This document shows, piece by piece, positions 9,706 to 19,305 of a stretch of DNA of 64,000 nt. The DNA is taken from IMG/VR virus record IMGVR_UViG_3300025659_000005. The stretch is one strand, 5' to 3'. The notes below the pieces were generated by a model. The model did not search any database and was not told the DNA's origin. It was given only the letters and a program-made list of their open reading frames with translations. Position numbers and translations under genes: made by a program. The stretch is from an uncultured virus (IMG/VR IMGVR_UViG_3300025659_000005). Its lineage: Duplodnaviria > Heunggongvirae > Uroviricota > Caudoviricetes. The number at the start of each line of letters is the position of its first letter. Positions within the stretch are counted from its first letter, which is position 1.

Positions 9706-12066
9706 ATGGCAACTAGCGATAAAAGAGAACCAGCAGTTTATGTAAATATTGAAGATAAGAGTTATATAGGTCCTCCAACTGAAAGTGGTAGAACTGTTTT
9801 TGGAGTAATTCTTTGTGATAAAGGACCAGATAATAGAGTGGTAACTATCACATCACAAAAAGAATACCAACAAAGTTTTGGAGCCCCAGATATTCGAAAG
9901 TGCAGTCAGACACACTATATGTTAAATAAAGCACTTGAATATACTGGAAAAGTTTTAGCTGTTAGAGTAATGCCTAGTGATGCTACTTTAGCTAACACCT
10001 GTTTGACAGCTATTACTACAAGTACAACTATTACAGCTAGTGGTGGTGATCCAGGATCATTTACATTTTCAAATGATCTCTATGATCAATATGGTGATAT
10101 TTATTTTAGTAAAGATTCAGAAACAAGTTTGACACTTGGTCTTGGTACACAAACATTAACAACGGATACTGGTTTAGCACTAGTAGCTGAAGATGATGTA
10201 AAAATTATAAGACAAATAACGACAGATCCTTTTAAAGATTATTCAGTTTATATGATTGGAACAGTAACTTCATATGATAGTGTTACCGGAGTGTTAGTTG
10301 TTGAAGTAACTGAGTATGAAGGAACTGGAACATACTCTCTTTGGTCTGTAACTCTTACAGAAGAATTTGAGAGTGATTACATTTATGGTGCAATGACTTG
10401 CCAACTTGATCATATGGATTATCTTACAGTTGGAGATTGGGTTCACTCATCTGTTGATAATGAAAGTTTCTCTCGACAAATTGTTTCCTTATCCGCAGAA
10501 GCATCTGGTACAGCCGGTGGTGGTTGTTGTGGTGATGATGATCCTATTGATGATGGAGATTATTTTTGTTTAGTATTATTAGATCAGATTTATACTGGAA
10601 CAGAAACAACTAATACTGCTTGTTTATTTACACCTTTTTCAACAACTAATGTTGAAAATATTAACAGTCCAGACGATATATCTGAAACTGATAATTTTGT
10701 TTATCATTTTTATGCTAATGGTGCTGGTGAGTATTATAACAATCTATCTATTAAGTGTACTAGAAATTATGAGATGGAGAAGATGTTTACAGATGAAAAT
10801 GGTGATACATATTATCCATATATATTTGTTGATTTTTATCTCTATCATACAGATGAGAATGGTACATCTTCACTTATTGAAGGTCCGTGGACAGTTTCTC
10901 TTGTTCGACGTACACCAAATGGTGAGTTAATTAAAGATTTTCAAGGTGGACTACCAACATATATAGAAGATGTAATAAATAATAACAGTATTTATATTAG
11001 GGTTAAATCTGGGTCACAAGTTGATGAATTAGCTGTACTTGGAGCCGAAGATAGTAGATTACAATTGATGTTAGCATTAGTCAGAGAGTCTGTTATTGGA
11101 ACAACAAATATTGGTAGTGATGGTTTTACATTTGCAGAAGGTGATTCTGGTACAGGTCTTTTTGATGCAAGTGGAAACATTTCAGTTAGTAATCTTATGA
11201 ATGGTCGAGTTGCAAATGCTTATGCTGGTAGTTTAACATCAAATGATGGTACTATTGAAACTCTCCCAGAAGCAATATATCCATTTTTTGAATTAGATTA
11301 TGTTATTAGTGGTGGGTATCCAATAAGCACTCAATATGCAGCTGCAAGATTAGCTGCTGCTAGAGAAGATTGTTTTCATATAGCAGATACTGGTGTGAAC
11401 TATAATAACTATATGTATGATATTCAAGCACGTCAACAAACAGCTGCTTGGAATTATTGGACATCTGGATTATATGTACAGTATCGAAAAATGTTTGATG
11501 ATTATACTGGAAGATCTTTTTGGATGTCACCTGTATATCATGCTTTAGAAGCACATTTACGAACTGATAATAATTACTTTTTAGCAGAACCTCCTTGTAA
11601 TATTGAGAAGGGAGCTATTGGTGATGCTATTCAACTAGCATATCAAACAAATCATACTATTAGAGGTGATCTTTTTGATAAAGAGCTTAATTATACTATT
11701 ACAGAAGCTAATGGTGTTTATTTTGCAATTCAGTTTACTACTTGGAAAAGATTCTCTGCTCTTAAGAGAATGCATGTAGCTAAATTTGTTACTTATTTAA
11801 GACGAAAAATACCTACAATTATGAGAGATATTGTTCAAAGAAAAGCAACACAATATTGGCTTTCACAAGCACAATATCGTGTTAATAATTTCTTTTTAAA
11901 ATATCTTGATGGAGCAGCAACTGATAGGTATGCTTGTATTAATTCTTTTGACGCAACAGTTGAGTTTGATTCATCAAGATCTGAATTAAATGTTTATGTA
12001 ACATTTGTTCCTATTCTAGCAATAGAAAGAATTAATGTGTTTTTGACAATACCAACAGATCTTTAA
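9706..12066 (+). CDS. Tail sheath protein
   Basis: N-terminal PAVYVNIED and GPDNRVVTITS...FGAP; C-terminal ELNVYVTFVPILAIERINV, typical of contractile sheaths. Confidence 0.9.
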   Translation: MATSDKREPAVYVNIEDKSYIGPPTESGRTVFGVILCDKGPDNRVVTITSQKEYQQSFGAPDIRKCSQTHYMLNKALEYTGKVLAVRVMPSDATLANTCLTAITTSTTITASGGDPGSFTFSNDLYDQYGDIYFSKDSETSLTLGLGTQTLTTDTGLALVAEDDVKIIRQITTDPFKDYSVYMIGTVTSYDSVTGVLVVEVTEYEGTGTYSLWSVTLTEEFESDYIYGAMTCQLDHMDYLTVGDWVHSSVDNESFSRQIVSLSAEASGTAGGGCCGDDDPIDDGDYFCLVLLDQIYTGTETTNTACLFTPFSTTNVENINSPDDISETDNFVYHFYANGAGEYYNNLSIKCTRNYEMEKMFTDENGDTYYPYIFVDFYLYHTDENGTSSLIEGPWTVSLVRRTPNGELIKDFQGGLPTYIEDVINNNSIYIRVKSGSQVDELAVLGAEDSRLQLMLALVRESVIGTTNIGSDGFTFAEGDSGTGLFDASGNISVSNLMNGRVANAYAGSLTSNDGTIETLPEAIYPFFELDYVISGGYPISTQYAAARLAAAREDCFHIADTGVNYNNYMYDIQARQQTAAWNYWTSGLYVQYRKMFDDYTGRSFWMSPVYHALEAHLRTDNNYFLAEPPCNIEKGAIGDAIQLAYQTNHTIRGDLFDKELNYTITEANGVYFAIQFTTWKRFSALKRMHVAKFVTYLRRKIPTIMRDIVQRKATQYWLSQAQYRVNNFFLKYLDGAATDRYACINSFDATVEFDSSRSELNVYVTFVPILAIERINVFLTIPTDL

Positions 12067-12086
12067 TATAGGTAGGTATACGTGCG

Positions 12087-12845
12087 ATGGGAATACCTTC
12101 AATTAGTGCAGCATTATATATTTCAGGACAACTACTAAGATTAAACAATTCTTTAGATAAATCTGAAGATTTACCAAAAGGTGCTAGTAGATATTCTGGT
12201 GGACAAAATCGCACAGGACAACCTTTTATTAGTGGATATCATCATGTATTGTTTTATTTACCAGATATTGTATTTTTAGCAATGGGTGATGATGTCCAAA
12301 AGGTATTGTTTTCTACGTGTGAAACATTTTCACCACATACATATTCGATGGAGATGGGTGATATTCAAGGTATAGGTCAAGCAACTGCTTCATATCCTAT
12401 TTCTAGAATAACAAATCGTGAATTTTCAATGGGTTTTCGGGAAAGAAGTGGTTTACCTGTTTTAAGTTCTATTAAAGCTTGGAATAGTATATTTAATCCA
12501 ACTTTTGGTACATCACCTTTTGGTAGTTTAAGTTTATTACCATCAATGTATAAAGGTACAGTTATAGCTGCAATAGTAAAACCAACAAGTAGTGATGGCG
12601 AAATAACTGGAGATGATATAGAAGAAGCTTATATTTATAATGGAGTTTATCCAATAAATATATCAGAAGATAGTGTAACATCATCAGATCAATCAAGTAA
12701 TGAATCAGTTCTTGCAAATGTTACTTTTAAGTTTGATGGTGCGCCTTTTGATCTTGGAACTACTGGAGTTGAAAATATGGTCGCTGCAGCATTTTCAGAT
12801 TACAATTATCAAGATACATTTAAAATATTAGGAACACAGATTTAA
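12087..12845 (+). CDS. Tail tube-like protein 1
   Basis: Directly after the sheath; W...YKG...YNGVYP...VTFKFD pattern. Confidence 0.7.
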   Translation: MGIPSISAALYISGQLLRLNNSLDKSEDLPKGASRYSGGQNRTGQPFISGYHHVLFYLPDIVFLAMGDDVQKVLFSTCETFSPHTYSMEMGDIQGIGQATASYPISRITNREFSMGFRERSGLPVLSSIKAWNSIFNPTFGTSPFGSLSLLPSMYKGTVIAAIVKPTSSDGEITGDDIEEAYIYNGVYPINISEDSVTSSDQSSNESVLANVTFKFDGAPFDLGTTGVENMVAAAFSDYNYQDTFKILGTQI

Positions 12846-12868
12846 TACTCAACTCGGAGGATTGATTT

Positions 12869-13618
12869 ATGGCCGTTACGGATTATTTATCACGACAACT
12901 TACATATTTGAGTGGAAATTTAACAGAGACTGATCGTCCTGATATAGCTACTAGATATATTGGTGGTCAAAATAGAACAAATCAACCATTTATTTCTGGA
13001 TATCATCAAGTTATTTTCGATTTACCAACAGCACTTTTTTCTGGTGCTACTATTGAAACTATGAATACTTGGTTACAATCAACTTGTGAAGGATTTACAC
13101 CTCATTCATCAAATATTAATTTTATTGATGTAAATGGTGTCGGTCAATTAGGTTCTAGTTTTCCAGCTTCTAGAACTATTAATCGAGAATTTACTTTAAC
13201 TTTTCGTGAATATCAAAAACTTCCTATTATGAAGATTTTTAGAGCTTGGAATGGTCTTTTTGATCCTCATCTAGGAATAACTAGTTTTGCCGGTGGAGAA
13301 TTTATACCTTCAAATTATAAAGGTTATATGATGGTTGGTATTTTATCTCCTACAGCTAGCTTGACTGAAAGAAAAATTGAGATTACAGATGTTGAAGATG
13401 TATATTTGTATGAAGGTATATTTCCAACACTTGTACCAGAAGACACAGCTACAGCATCAGATCAAGCCACAAATGATTCAATTCAAGAAAGTGTGACTTT
13501 TAAATTTGATGGTGCTCCGTTAGATAGTAGTACTGAAGGATTAACTGATCTTTTTATTAATCGTTTATCAGAAGCCGCATACGGATCTACATTCGATCAA
13601 TTAGCAACTATGATATAG
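12869..13618 (+). CDS. Tail tube-like protein 2 (paralog)
   Basis: Shares RYxGGQNRTxQPFISGYHxV and VTFKFDGAP with the preceding ORF. Confidence 0.7.
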   Translation: MAVTDYLSRQLTYLSGNLTETDRPDIATRYIGGQNRTNQPFISGYHQVIFDLPTALFSGATIETMNTWLQSTCEGFTPHSSNINFIDVNGVGQLGSSFPASRTINREFTLTFREYQKLPIMKIFRAWNGLFDPHLGITSFAGGEFIPSNYKGYMMVGILSPTASLTERKIEITDVEDVYLYEGIFPTLVPEDTATASDQATNDSIQESVTFKFDGAPLDSSTEGLTDLFINRLSEAAYGSTFDQLATMI

Positions 13619-13640
13619 TGATGGTATAAGTAAAATTCTT

Positions 13641-13689
13641 AAAAAAATGTCCCTCTACTACAATAAAATCTGTAGTAGGGGGATTTTTT
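13641..13689. terminator. Bidirectional terminator between convergent gene blocks
   Basis: A-run, TCCCTCTACTACA/TGTAGTAGGGGGA hairpin, T-run. Confidence 0.8.
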
Positions 13690-13700
13690 AACACTTTAAT

Positions 13701-14228
13701 TTAGAATTGAAAATGAGTCTCAAATTCTTGAAAACAATAATTGTTCTTAATCAAACAAATGTTTTCGATTGCTGTTTCGGCGAATGCTTTATATTCAAAA
13801 TTGACTTCTAACATATATTCGTGTTTCTTAAGTTTGCTAATTCCTTTAGATCTTGTGCGATCAACATAAATATTGAAAGAGTAGTTTGCCAAAGTATTTT
13901 TATCAGATTTTAATTGAAATGTTGTATTAGTGTAAACATTACTAAAATAACACTTGTCCCTAAAGCTAATAGGTTCTTGAAAAGTTATATTTATGTAAGA
14001 TGGAATGCACCACTTAATATTGGGAGAATAATTAATAATAGCATAGTTATTGACTAATGTTCTTTGATTGTGTAAAGAGATATCTGTTGGTGTTTTTAAA
14101 TATATGGAATTTTCAATAAATTCCACAACCTTATTATTTTCGTTAACACACATTATGATAGTATTATTCATATCTATGTGTGCGATCTTTGAGGGATCTT
14201 CTGTTGGGGAAATATTAATTAGTTTCAC
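13701..14228 (-). CDS. Hypothetical protein
   Basis: 175-aa ORF coupled to folE2. Confidence 0.7.
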   Translation of the reverse strand: MKLINISPTEDPSKIAHIDMNNTIIMCVNENNKVVEFIENSIYLKTPTDISLHNQRTLVNNYAIINYSPNIKWCIPSYINITFQEPISFRDKCYFSNVYTNTTFQLKSDKNTLANYSFNIYVDRTRSKGISKLKKHEYMLEVNFEYKAFAETAIENICLIKNNYCFQEFETHFQF

Positions 14229-15193
14229 TTATTCTCCTTCAACTTTTTGACTCTAGCCTCTTCTCTAACTTTACCAAGTAAAGCACCGGATCTATCTAAT
14301 ACTCCATCACAAACAGCCGCAACTATAGATGCGTTATTCTTATAACTCTCAACAAGAATAGACATTTTATCACCATTATCATCAATTGTTGTCTTAGATG
14401 ATTTACTGGCTCTAGCAACGGCTTTATGTAGATGAATACTTTCATCAGATGCTACACTTATTTTAAAATTACTAATATCTTTAAAACTTTCTAATGTTGA
14501 ATATACATTTCTAATAATATCTTCAACAAACAAAGGATTATTATATGCTCTTTCTGTTACTACTTTTTCATCAGGTCTTTTTAGAATACTATATATTTCA
14601 CTACTTCCACAAGTTTCAATAGCATGAATTACATCTTCAATCCACACCCAATCTGTAGTACAATATTCAACATCTATAAAACATTTCTGATTGTGAGCAC
14701 CACCGTCAGAGATCTCTTTAGAGCAAGGACATAAACTAGTTACGATAACAGATGTTCCGTAACGAGTCTTAATGTTACCTTTATTATTCTCACATACGAA
14801 TTTAACTGTGTGATTAATGTATCCTTTTTTTCCTGATGCTGGAGCAGTCTTTTGCATAAAATAAGGAAATGATATTTCTAATCGACACTTATCACTTTCA
14901 CACCTTTCTCGAATAACTTCTGTAATCTTAGAAATAACATCTGAATTCAAAGGTTTGTATGTATATTCATGCATTACTTCCAGAAGTCTTGACATACTAA
15001 TTCCTTTAACTTCCGGAGCAAGATCTGTAAAGATAGACATTGTGGCTATTGTTTGTTGAAATGTTCCGTCTTTTTGCATAACCATTATAGGTAGTTGCAA
15101 ATCAGTAATACCTACATTTTCTAAATATATTTGGTGATTTGATTCTGTATTTTGAATGTCAGGCAAATCAGTTATCACTTTGTTTTTCTCCAA
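14225..15193 (-). CDS. folE2: GTP cyclohydrolase IB (FolE2)
   Basis: LPDIQ...KGISMSR...TSLCPCSKEISDGGAHNQ...LKRPDEKVVTERAYNNPLFVEDIIR...ESIHLH. Confidence 0.95.
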   Translation of the reverse strand: MEKNKVITDLPDIQNTESNHQIYLENVGITDLQLPIMVMQKDGTFQQTIATMSIFTDLAPEVKGISMSRLLEVMHEYTYKPLNSDVISKITEVIRERCESDKCRLEISFPYFMQKTAPASGKKGYINHTVKFVCENNKGNIKTRYGTSVIVTSLCPCSKEISDGGAHNQKCFIDVEYCTTDWVWIEDVIHAIETCGSSEIYSILKRPDEKVVTERAYNNPLFVEDIIRNVYSTLESFKDISNFKISVASDESIHLHKAVARASKSSKTTIDDNGDKMSILVESYKNNASIVAAVCDGVLDRSGALLGKVREEARVKKLKENK

Positions 15194-15479
15194 TTATTTT
15201 ACAATTTGATCAAAATGTTTCTGACGTTTTTTATCCAATGATTCTTTTTGGTTATATAGTGTAGCAAATTCTTTTGTAAACATATCGATTACATGTGTAC
15301 CTTCTCTTGATTCAACAAAAAGGTTTAATGGTTTATAAGTTGCATTAAACGAATTTTTTGTTTTATTAAAATCAACAGGTACGATTAAATCTTTTTTAAG
15401 ATTGATTGGTGTTCCGTTATTTGGTATTTTTGAAAACGAAAGATTCATTTATGATTATTCTCCTTGGTTATTGTTTTAA

Positions 15480-15565
15480 TGGTGCCCGAAGTGGAAGTCG
15501 AATCCACATGGCGAAACGCCAGGAGATTTTAAGTCTCCAGCTTATACCAATTCAGCAATTCGGGC
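15480..15565 (-). tRNA. tRNA-Leu(UAA)
   Basis: GCCCGAA/TTCGGGC acceptor, GGAGA-CTTAAAA-TCTCC anticodon arm, long variable arm, TTCGA T-loop and encoded CCA. Confidence 0.9.
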
Positions 15566-15593
15566 GATTTTATTTTGATTTTAATTATAATAA

Positions 15594-15729
15594 TGGTAGT
15601 GGTGGCCGGGATCACACCGACATTTTCGGTCCTAGAAACCGTGTTCTTGTATCTCCAGGATACTGTTGACTTCGCTTTGGATTTTCACCATCACTCTCTT
15701 TTCGTTTGCCGTCTTTAAACTACACCACA
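15594..15729 (-). ncRNA. tRNA-like element with CUA anticodon and ~70-nt D-loop
   Basis: GTGGTG/CACCAC acceptor followed by TACCA, D stem GTTT/GAAC, CGGT-TTCTAGG-ACCG anticodon arm, T arm GTCGG-TGTGATC-CCGGC. Confidence 0.6.
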
Positions 15730-15739
15730 ATTTTGTTTT

Positions 15740-15875
15740 ACTGGTAGACTGGACGTTACACCAGTTCCCTCGCTTCTCGTTCAACATTTTATGTTAACTT
15801 AGCTACCCACTAGTAAGGTGGAGGTACGCCTTTGATTATTGCGATAATGTGTCTACTTTCCACATCGCTACCAGT
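15740..15875 (-). ncRNA. Structured tRNA-mimic-like RNA, copy A
   Basis: Closing stem ACTGGTAG/CTACCAGT, D-like hairpin ATGTG-GAAAGTAGA-CACAT, T-like hairpin ACTGG-TGTAACGT-CCAGT; same layout as 40160..40390. Confidence 0.6.
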
Positions 15876-15886
15876 TGTTAATTATA

Positions 15887-16564
15887 TTATCGACCTAAAT
15901 TCTGACCTGACAAACTCAAACCGTTATTCAGTGCGAATTTACAAGCATACAAAAGGGCTTCTTTTTGCCAATCAACAAACTCATAACAATTATTTTCAAT
16001 TGTCAAGGTAATACTACCAGATTCATTAGTGACAAATTTTGATGGTTTAAGGTTATTCTGCCAATCAGCATTATTATAATTAATAATCTGTTCCATACAA
16101 AAGATTTCAGGAATATTATTAACTAGTTGAAACATTGCCGTTGGATAAACTGTAGCGTTAATAAGACGATTTACTTTATTCAAACAAATCATCTGACCAA
16201 CAATTGAATCTTGTGACATACTTGCAAGTTCAATTCTTAGATTTCCAAAGTTAACATTATAACTAATAGTTGTAAAATGTACTTCACCATCTAACATAGC
16301 TGCATTATTATACGCTTTTGGATTAACTAACCAAAACATATTTAAGATTTTATATTTATTCTGTTGTTCTCCTCCACCAGAGGCTTGGTTACTGGGAAAA
16401 GAAGGTGTATTACCTTGTTGATTACCTGCACCAACACCAGTAGCACCCACAGGTGTAGCTGTTGTAGCTGGAGCACTTTGAGGTACTGCTGCTGGTTTAC
16501 CGGGTGTACCTGATTGAAAACTACCGAAAGGATCATCATTATTGAACATAGTTGCTGCCTCCAT
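15887..16564 (-). CDS. Hypothetical protein with low-complexity N-terminus
   Basis: 225-aa ORF; the likely start is the second Met, after GGAGG. Confidence 0.75.
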   Translation of the reverse strand: MEAATMFNNDDPFGSFQSGTPGKPAAVPQSAPATTATPVGATGVGAGNQQGNTPSFPSNQASGGGEQQNKYKILNMFWLVNPKAYNNAAMLDGEVHFTTISYNVNFGNLRIELASMSQDSIVGQMICLNKVNRLINATVYPTAMFQLVNNIPEIFCMEQIINYNNADWQNNLKPSKFVTNESGSITLTIENNCYEFVDWQKEALLYACKFALNNGLSLSGQNLGR

Positions 16565-16570
16565 AAAAAA

Positions 16571-16843
16571 TTAATTTAAACTAAGATTAGGAATAATACT
16601 ACCACATCGGTCAAGCATACTTTTATTAACTGCTTCCATCATTTTTTCATCTGTAGCACAAGTTTCACAAAGAGCACAGACAAAAACTCTCATTTCACAA
16701 ACTATTGGTAATTCTGCAGGTATATGAGTAAAATTAAAGATAACAGATGTTTCTTGTTTACCACAACAATAACAAGGTTTTTTAACAGCAGACTCAACAA
16801 TTTCTCCATACTGTTGATTTAGATTTTTTTCGTTTTTGATAAT
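16571..16843 (-). CDS. Cys-rich hypothetical protein (no ATG; possible ATT start)
   Basis: 90 open codons with CYCCG and CALCETC; GGAGG lies 7 nt before ATT. Not in the ORF track. Confidence 0.5.
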   Translation of the reverse strand: MIKNEKNLNQQYGEIVESAVKKPCYCCGKQETSVIFNFTHIPAELPIVCEMRVFVCALCETCATDEKMMEAVNKSMLDRCGSIIPNLSLN

Positions 16844-17107
16844 TTTCTAGCCTCCAGTAACATTGTTACTATTAAATTTCGAAAGATAGTCCTCAGCTAT
16901 TTTTTATTAAGATAATTACATCCACATCTTAATAATTCTAAATAATCACTATCGATTTTTACTGTTGTATTCTTTTTTAGTAAAATTTTATGTTCATCAT
17001 AATCAGGGTATATATCACATATATTTTGCACTCGATATGTTACTCTAAATATATTTCTATTTGTTTTCATGAATGCAAATGTATCTAATATACCACTTTG
17101 CATGATA

Positions 17108-19204
17108 TTATCCTCTAGTTTTATTATTAAATTTCGAAAGATAGTTCTCAGCTACTTGTTGACTGATTTTTAATGTTAATCTTCCTTGTGTTGTAATTGT
17201 TTTAGCCAACCAATTATTACTGTATCTAAACGTAGATTGACCGTATAAACCATAACTAGTATTCATCGCCACTTTAGTAGCTTTTTGACGTGAATCGTAA
17301 AATGAATATTCTTCTACACTTCTATCATATTTATCTCTCTTGTCTTTATACTCCTTTCTCAAATCTTTCATTGATTTTAACCAATTACTGAATAAACTTA
17401 ATTTATATTCTTGTTTGTAAAACAGACAACCTGTTAATGTTAAGATCAAGTTATTTGTTTTCAGATATTCTGATAGACTTTCAGATAATACTTTATTTAT
17501 TTGAATGTTTGACTGATTAATATTTTCAATTACGTATAATGACTTATGATTAATTTCTGCATTTAATAAATAATCATAACAGAAATTATTATATTCAGCG
17601 CTACCGTCATGTATCTCATCTATTAGACTTATTAATGGTATGAAATATTTTTTTAAGAGTATGTATGAGTAGAAATTTGTTGGGTGCAAGATCTCATTGA
17701 TATTATTAACTTTACTTTCAAGGATCTTATTGAATAAGTGAGCAACAGTATAATAATAATGTTGTATAGTATTATTTATATTCTGAGGTTTTATTCTATC
17801 ACTTGTTACGTACTTAACAACAAGTTCAAAGAAGTTTCCAAAGACAGTTTTAATTAGATTGTTTTTACGATCTTTTAGAAATGTATCTATTAGATCAAAT
17901 GCTTTATTTGTGGTTATAGGATCTAAAATTCTTCCATGATAAGTATCAAAGCTGATATTATGTTGTCGAATCATTGATGGGTAAAGACTAGCTGCATCAA
18001 GATCTATAATTAATCCGTCACTACTATCGTAAATATGACCCGGCGAATTTTTCACGTACGCGCCGGGAAATTTACTAGTTGTTTTAATATAAGTTCGAAC
18101 GTCAATATTAGTAACATTCCATTTGATCTTCCGATTGCTTAATGGTTTAGGAATCTTATCAATATCTGTTTTAGTAATTTCCATACTTGTTTCATTATTA
18201 ATTCCAAATCGAATATAGTTCTTTTCTTTCGATAATTCATTATAAACCAAAGTATCAAAGAGAGCAGTTGGTCCTCGAAGAGCCATATCAATTGGAGTTT
18301 TCATCAATCGTCTATATGTGTTGAATTGATCAATTATTTTCATCTTATCATCTAATTTATCAACCAACCAAACATCTATAATATTATAGAAAAGATAATT
18401 CACAGGATCTTGTATGTAAAATGTGTCTAGATTACTTGTGTCCTTTTTATAATCTACTTTACCTAATTTAAGTTCAGCATTACTGATAAAATCCAAACTG
18501 TAACTAGGTTGTTTTCTGCCAAAACCAAGTCCATTATCATCTCTAGGTCTGTACAAGTAACTGAAATCTGCATTAACATATTCAATCAATCTAACTTTAT
18601 GCCTACCACCAAACCCACCACAAGTGATATCACCAAATCTAGACATGATTTTAGAAACAGATTTCTTATCTTTATTATACAAATATAATAATCTGTAGTA
18701 CATGTATGGGAGATCAAATCCATCACTGTTAAATCCACTAATGACTACAGGATCTATTTCATGAATTTTTAACCAAACAGCTTTTAATAACGGAAGATCA
18801 TTAGTGTATGTTGTTAGTTCAACTTCATAATCACCATAACCATCATCTTTTAATTTCTTTTTAAGATATTCTTTAACATCACTATGTTGTTTCCATGTCT
18901 CTACGTTCTTACTTAATAACAGAAAGAAACAGTAGAACTTCTTTTCTTTAGTACTTAATAAGGCGCAAGAGCTAACAGGATGCTCACCGTATTCAAGTCT
19001 ATCGAAATCAAATTTATTATCTGAGTAAACTTCTATATCTAAAAATAATTTTTGTATCTTTTGATTCACTTCGATGTTATCTTTTTTATTCCTCAGATAA
19101 TGTTCTACAGCAAAAAATTGAGTGTAGTCTACATCGAGATTGTAGATCTGATATGGTGAGATTTGTTTTTGATCTAACCCTCTTAGTAATCCATTATAAT
19201 CCAA
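17108..19204 (-). CDS. Family B DNA polymerase, N-terminal subunit (3'-5' exonuclease, motifs A and B)
   Basis: LDIEV, GFNSDGFDLPY, YNIID, DLDAASLYPS and KVAMNTSYGLYG; ends before motif C. Confidence 0.92.
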   Translation of the reverse strand: MDYNGLLRGLDQKQISPYQIYNLDVDYTQFFAVEHYLRNKKDNIEVNQKIQKLFLDIEVYSDNKFDFDRLEYGEHPVSSCALLSTKEKKFYCFFLLLSKNVETWKQHSDVKEYLKKKLKDDGYGDYEVELTTYTNDLPLLKAVWLKIHEIDPVVISGFNSDGFDLPYMYYRLLYLYNKDKKSVSKIMSRFGDITCGGFGGRHKVRLIEYVNADFSYLYRPRDDNGLGFGRKQPSYSLDFISNAELKLGKVDYKKDTSNLDTFYIQDPVNYLFYNIIDVWLVDKLDDKMKIIDQFNTYRRLMKTPIDMALRGPTALFDTLVYNELSKEKNYIRFGINNETSMEITKTDIDKIPKPLSNRKIKWNVTNIDVRTYIKTTSKFPGAYVKNSPGHIYDSSDGLIIDLDAASLYPSMIRQHNISFDTYHGRILDPITTNKAFDLIDTFLKDRKNNLIKTVFGNFFELVVKYVTSDRIKPQNINNTIQHYYYTVAHLFNKILESKVNNINEILHPTNFYSYILLKKYFIPLISLIDEIHDGSAEYNNFCYDYLLNAEINHKSLYVIENINQSNIQINKVLSESLSEYLKTNNLILTLTGCLFYKQEYKLSLFSNWLKSMKDLRKEYKDKRDKYDRSVEEYSFYDSRQKATKVAMNTSYGLYGQSTFRYSNNWLAKTITTQGRLTLKISQQVAENYLSKFNNKTRG

Positions 19205-19277
19205 TTATATTAATACCTCCTATATTTTCTACCCTCCTGTACAATCAAAATAAAAATATAAAAAACCCAATTATATA

Positions 19278-19305
19278 TATTATTTCTATATCAAAATAGA
19301 GAAAA
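19278..19305 (-). promoter_or_regulatory. Conserved promoter-like motif (copy 2)
   Basis: TTTTCTCTATTTTGATATAGAAATAATA upstream of the polymerase gene. Confidence 0.7.

Noticed and set aside
15406..15669. Plus-strand 87-aa ORF
   Set aside because: Antisense to tRNA-Leu and the tRNA-like element; likely spurious.
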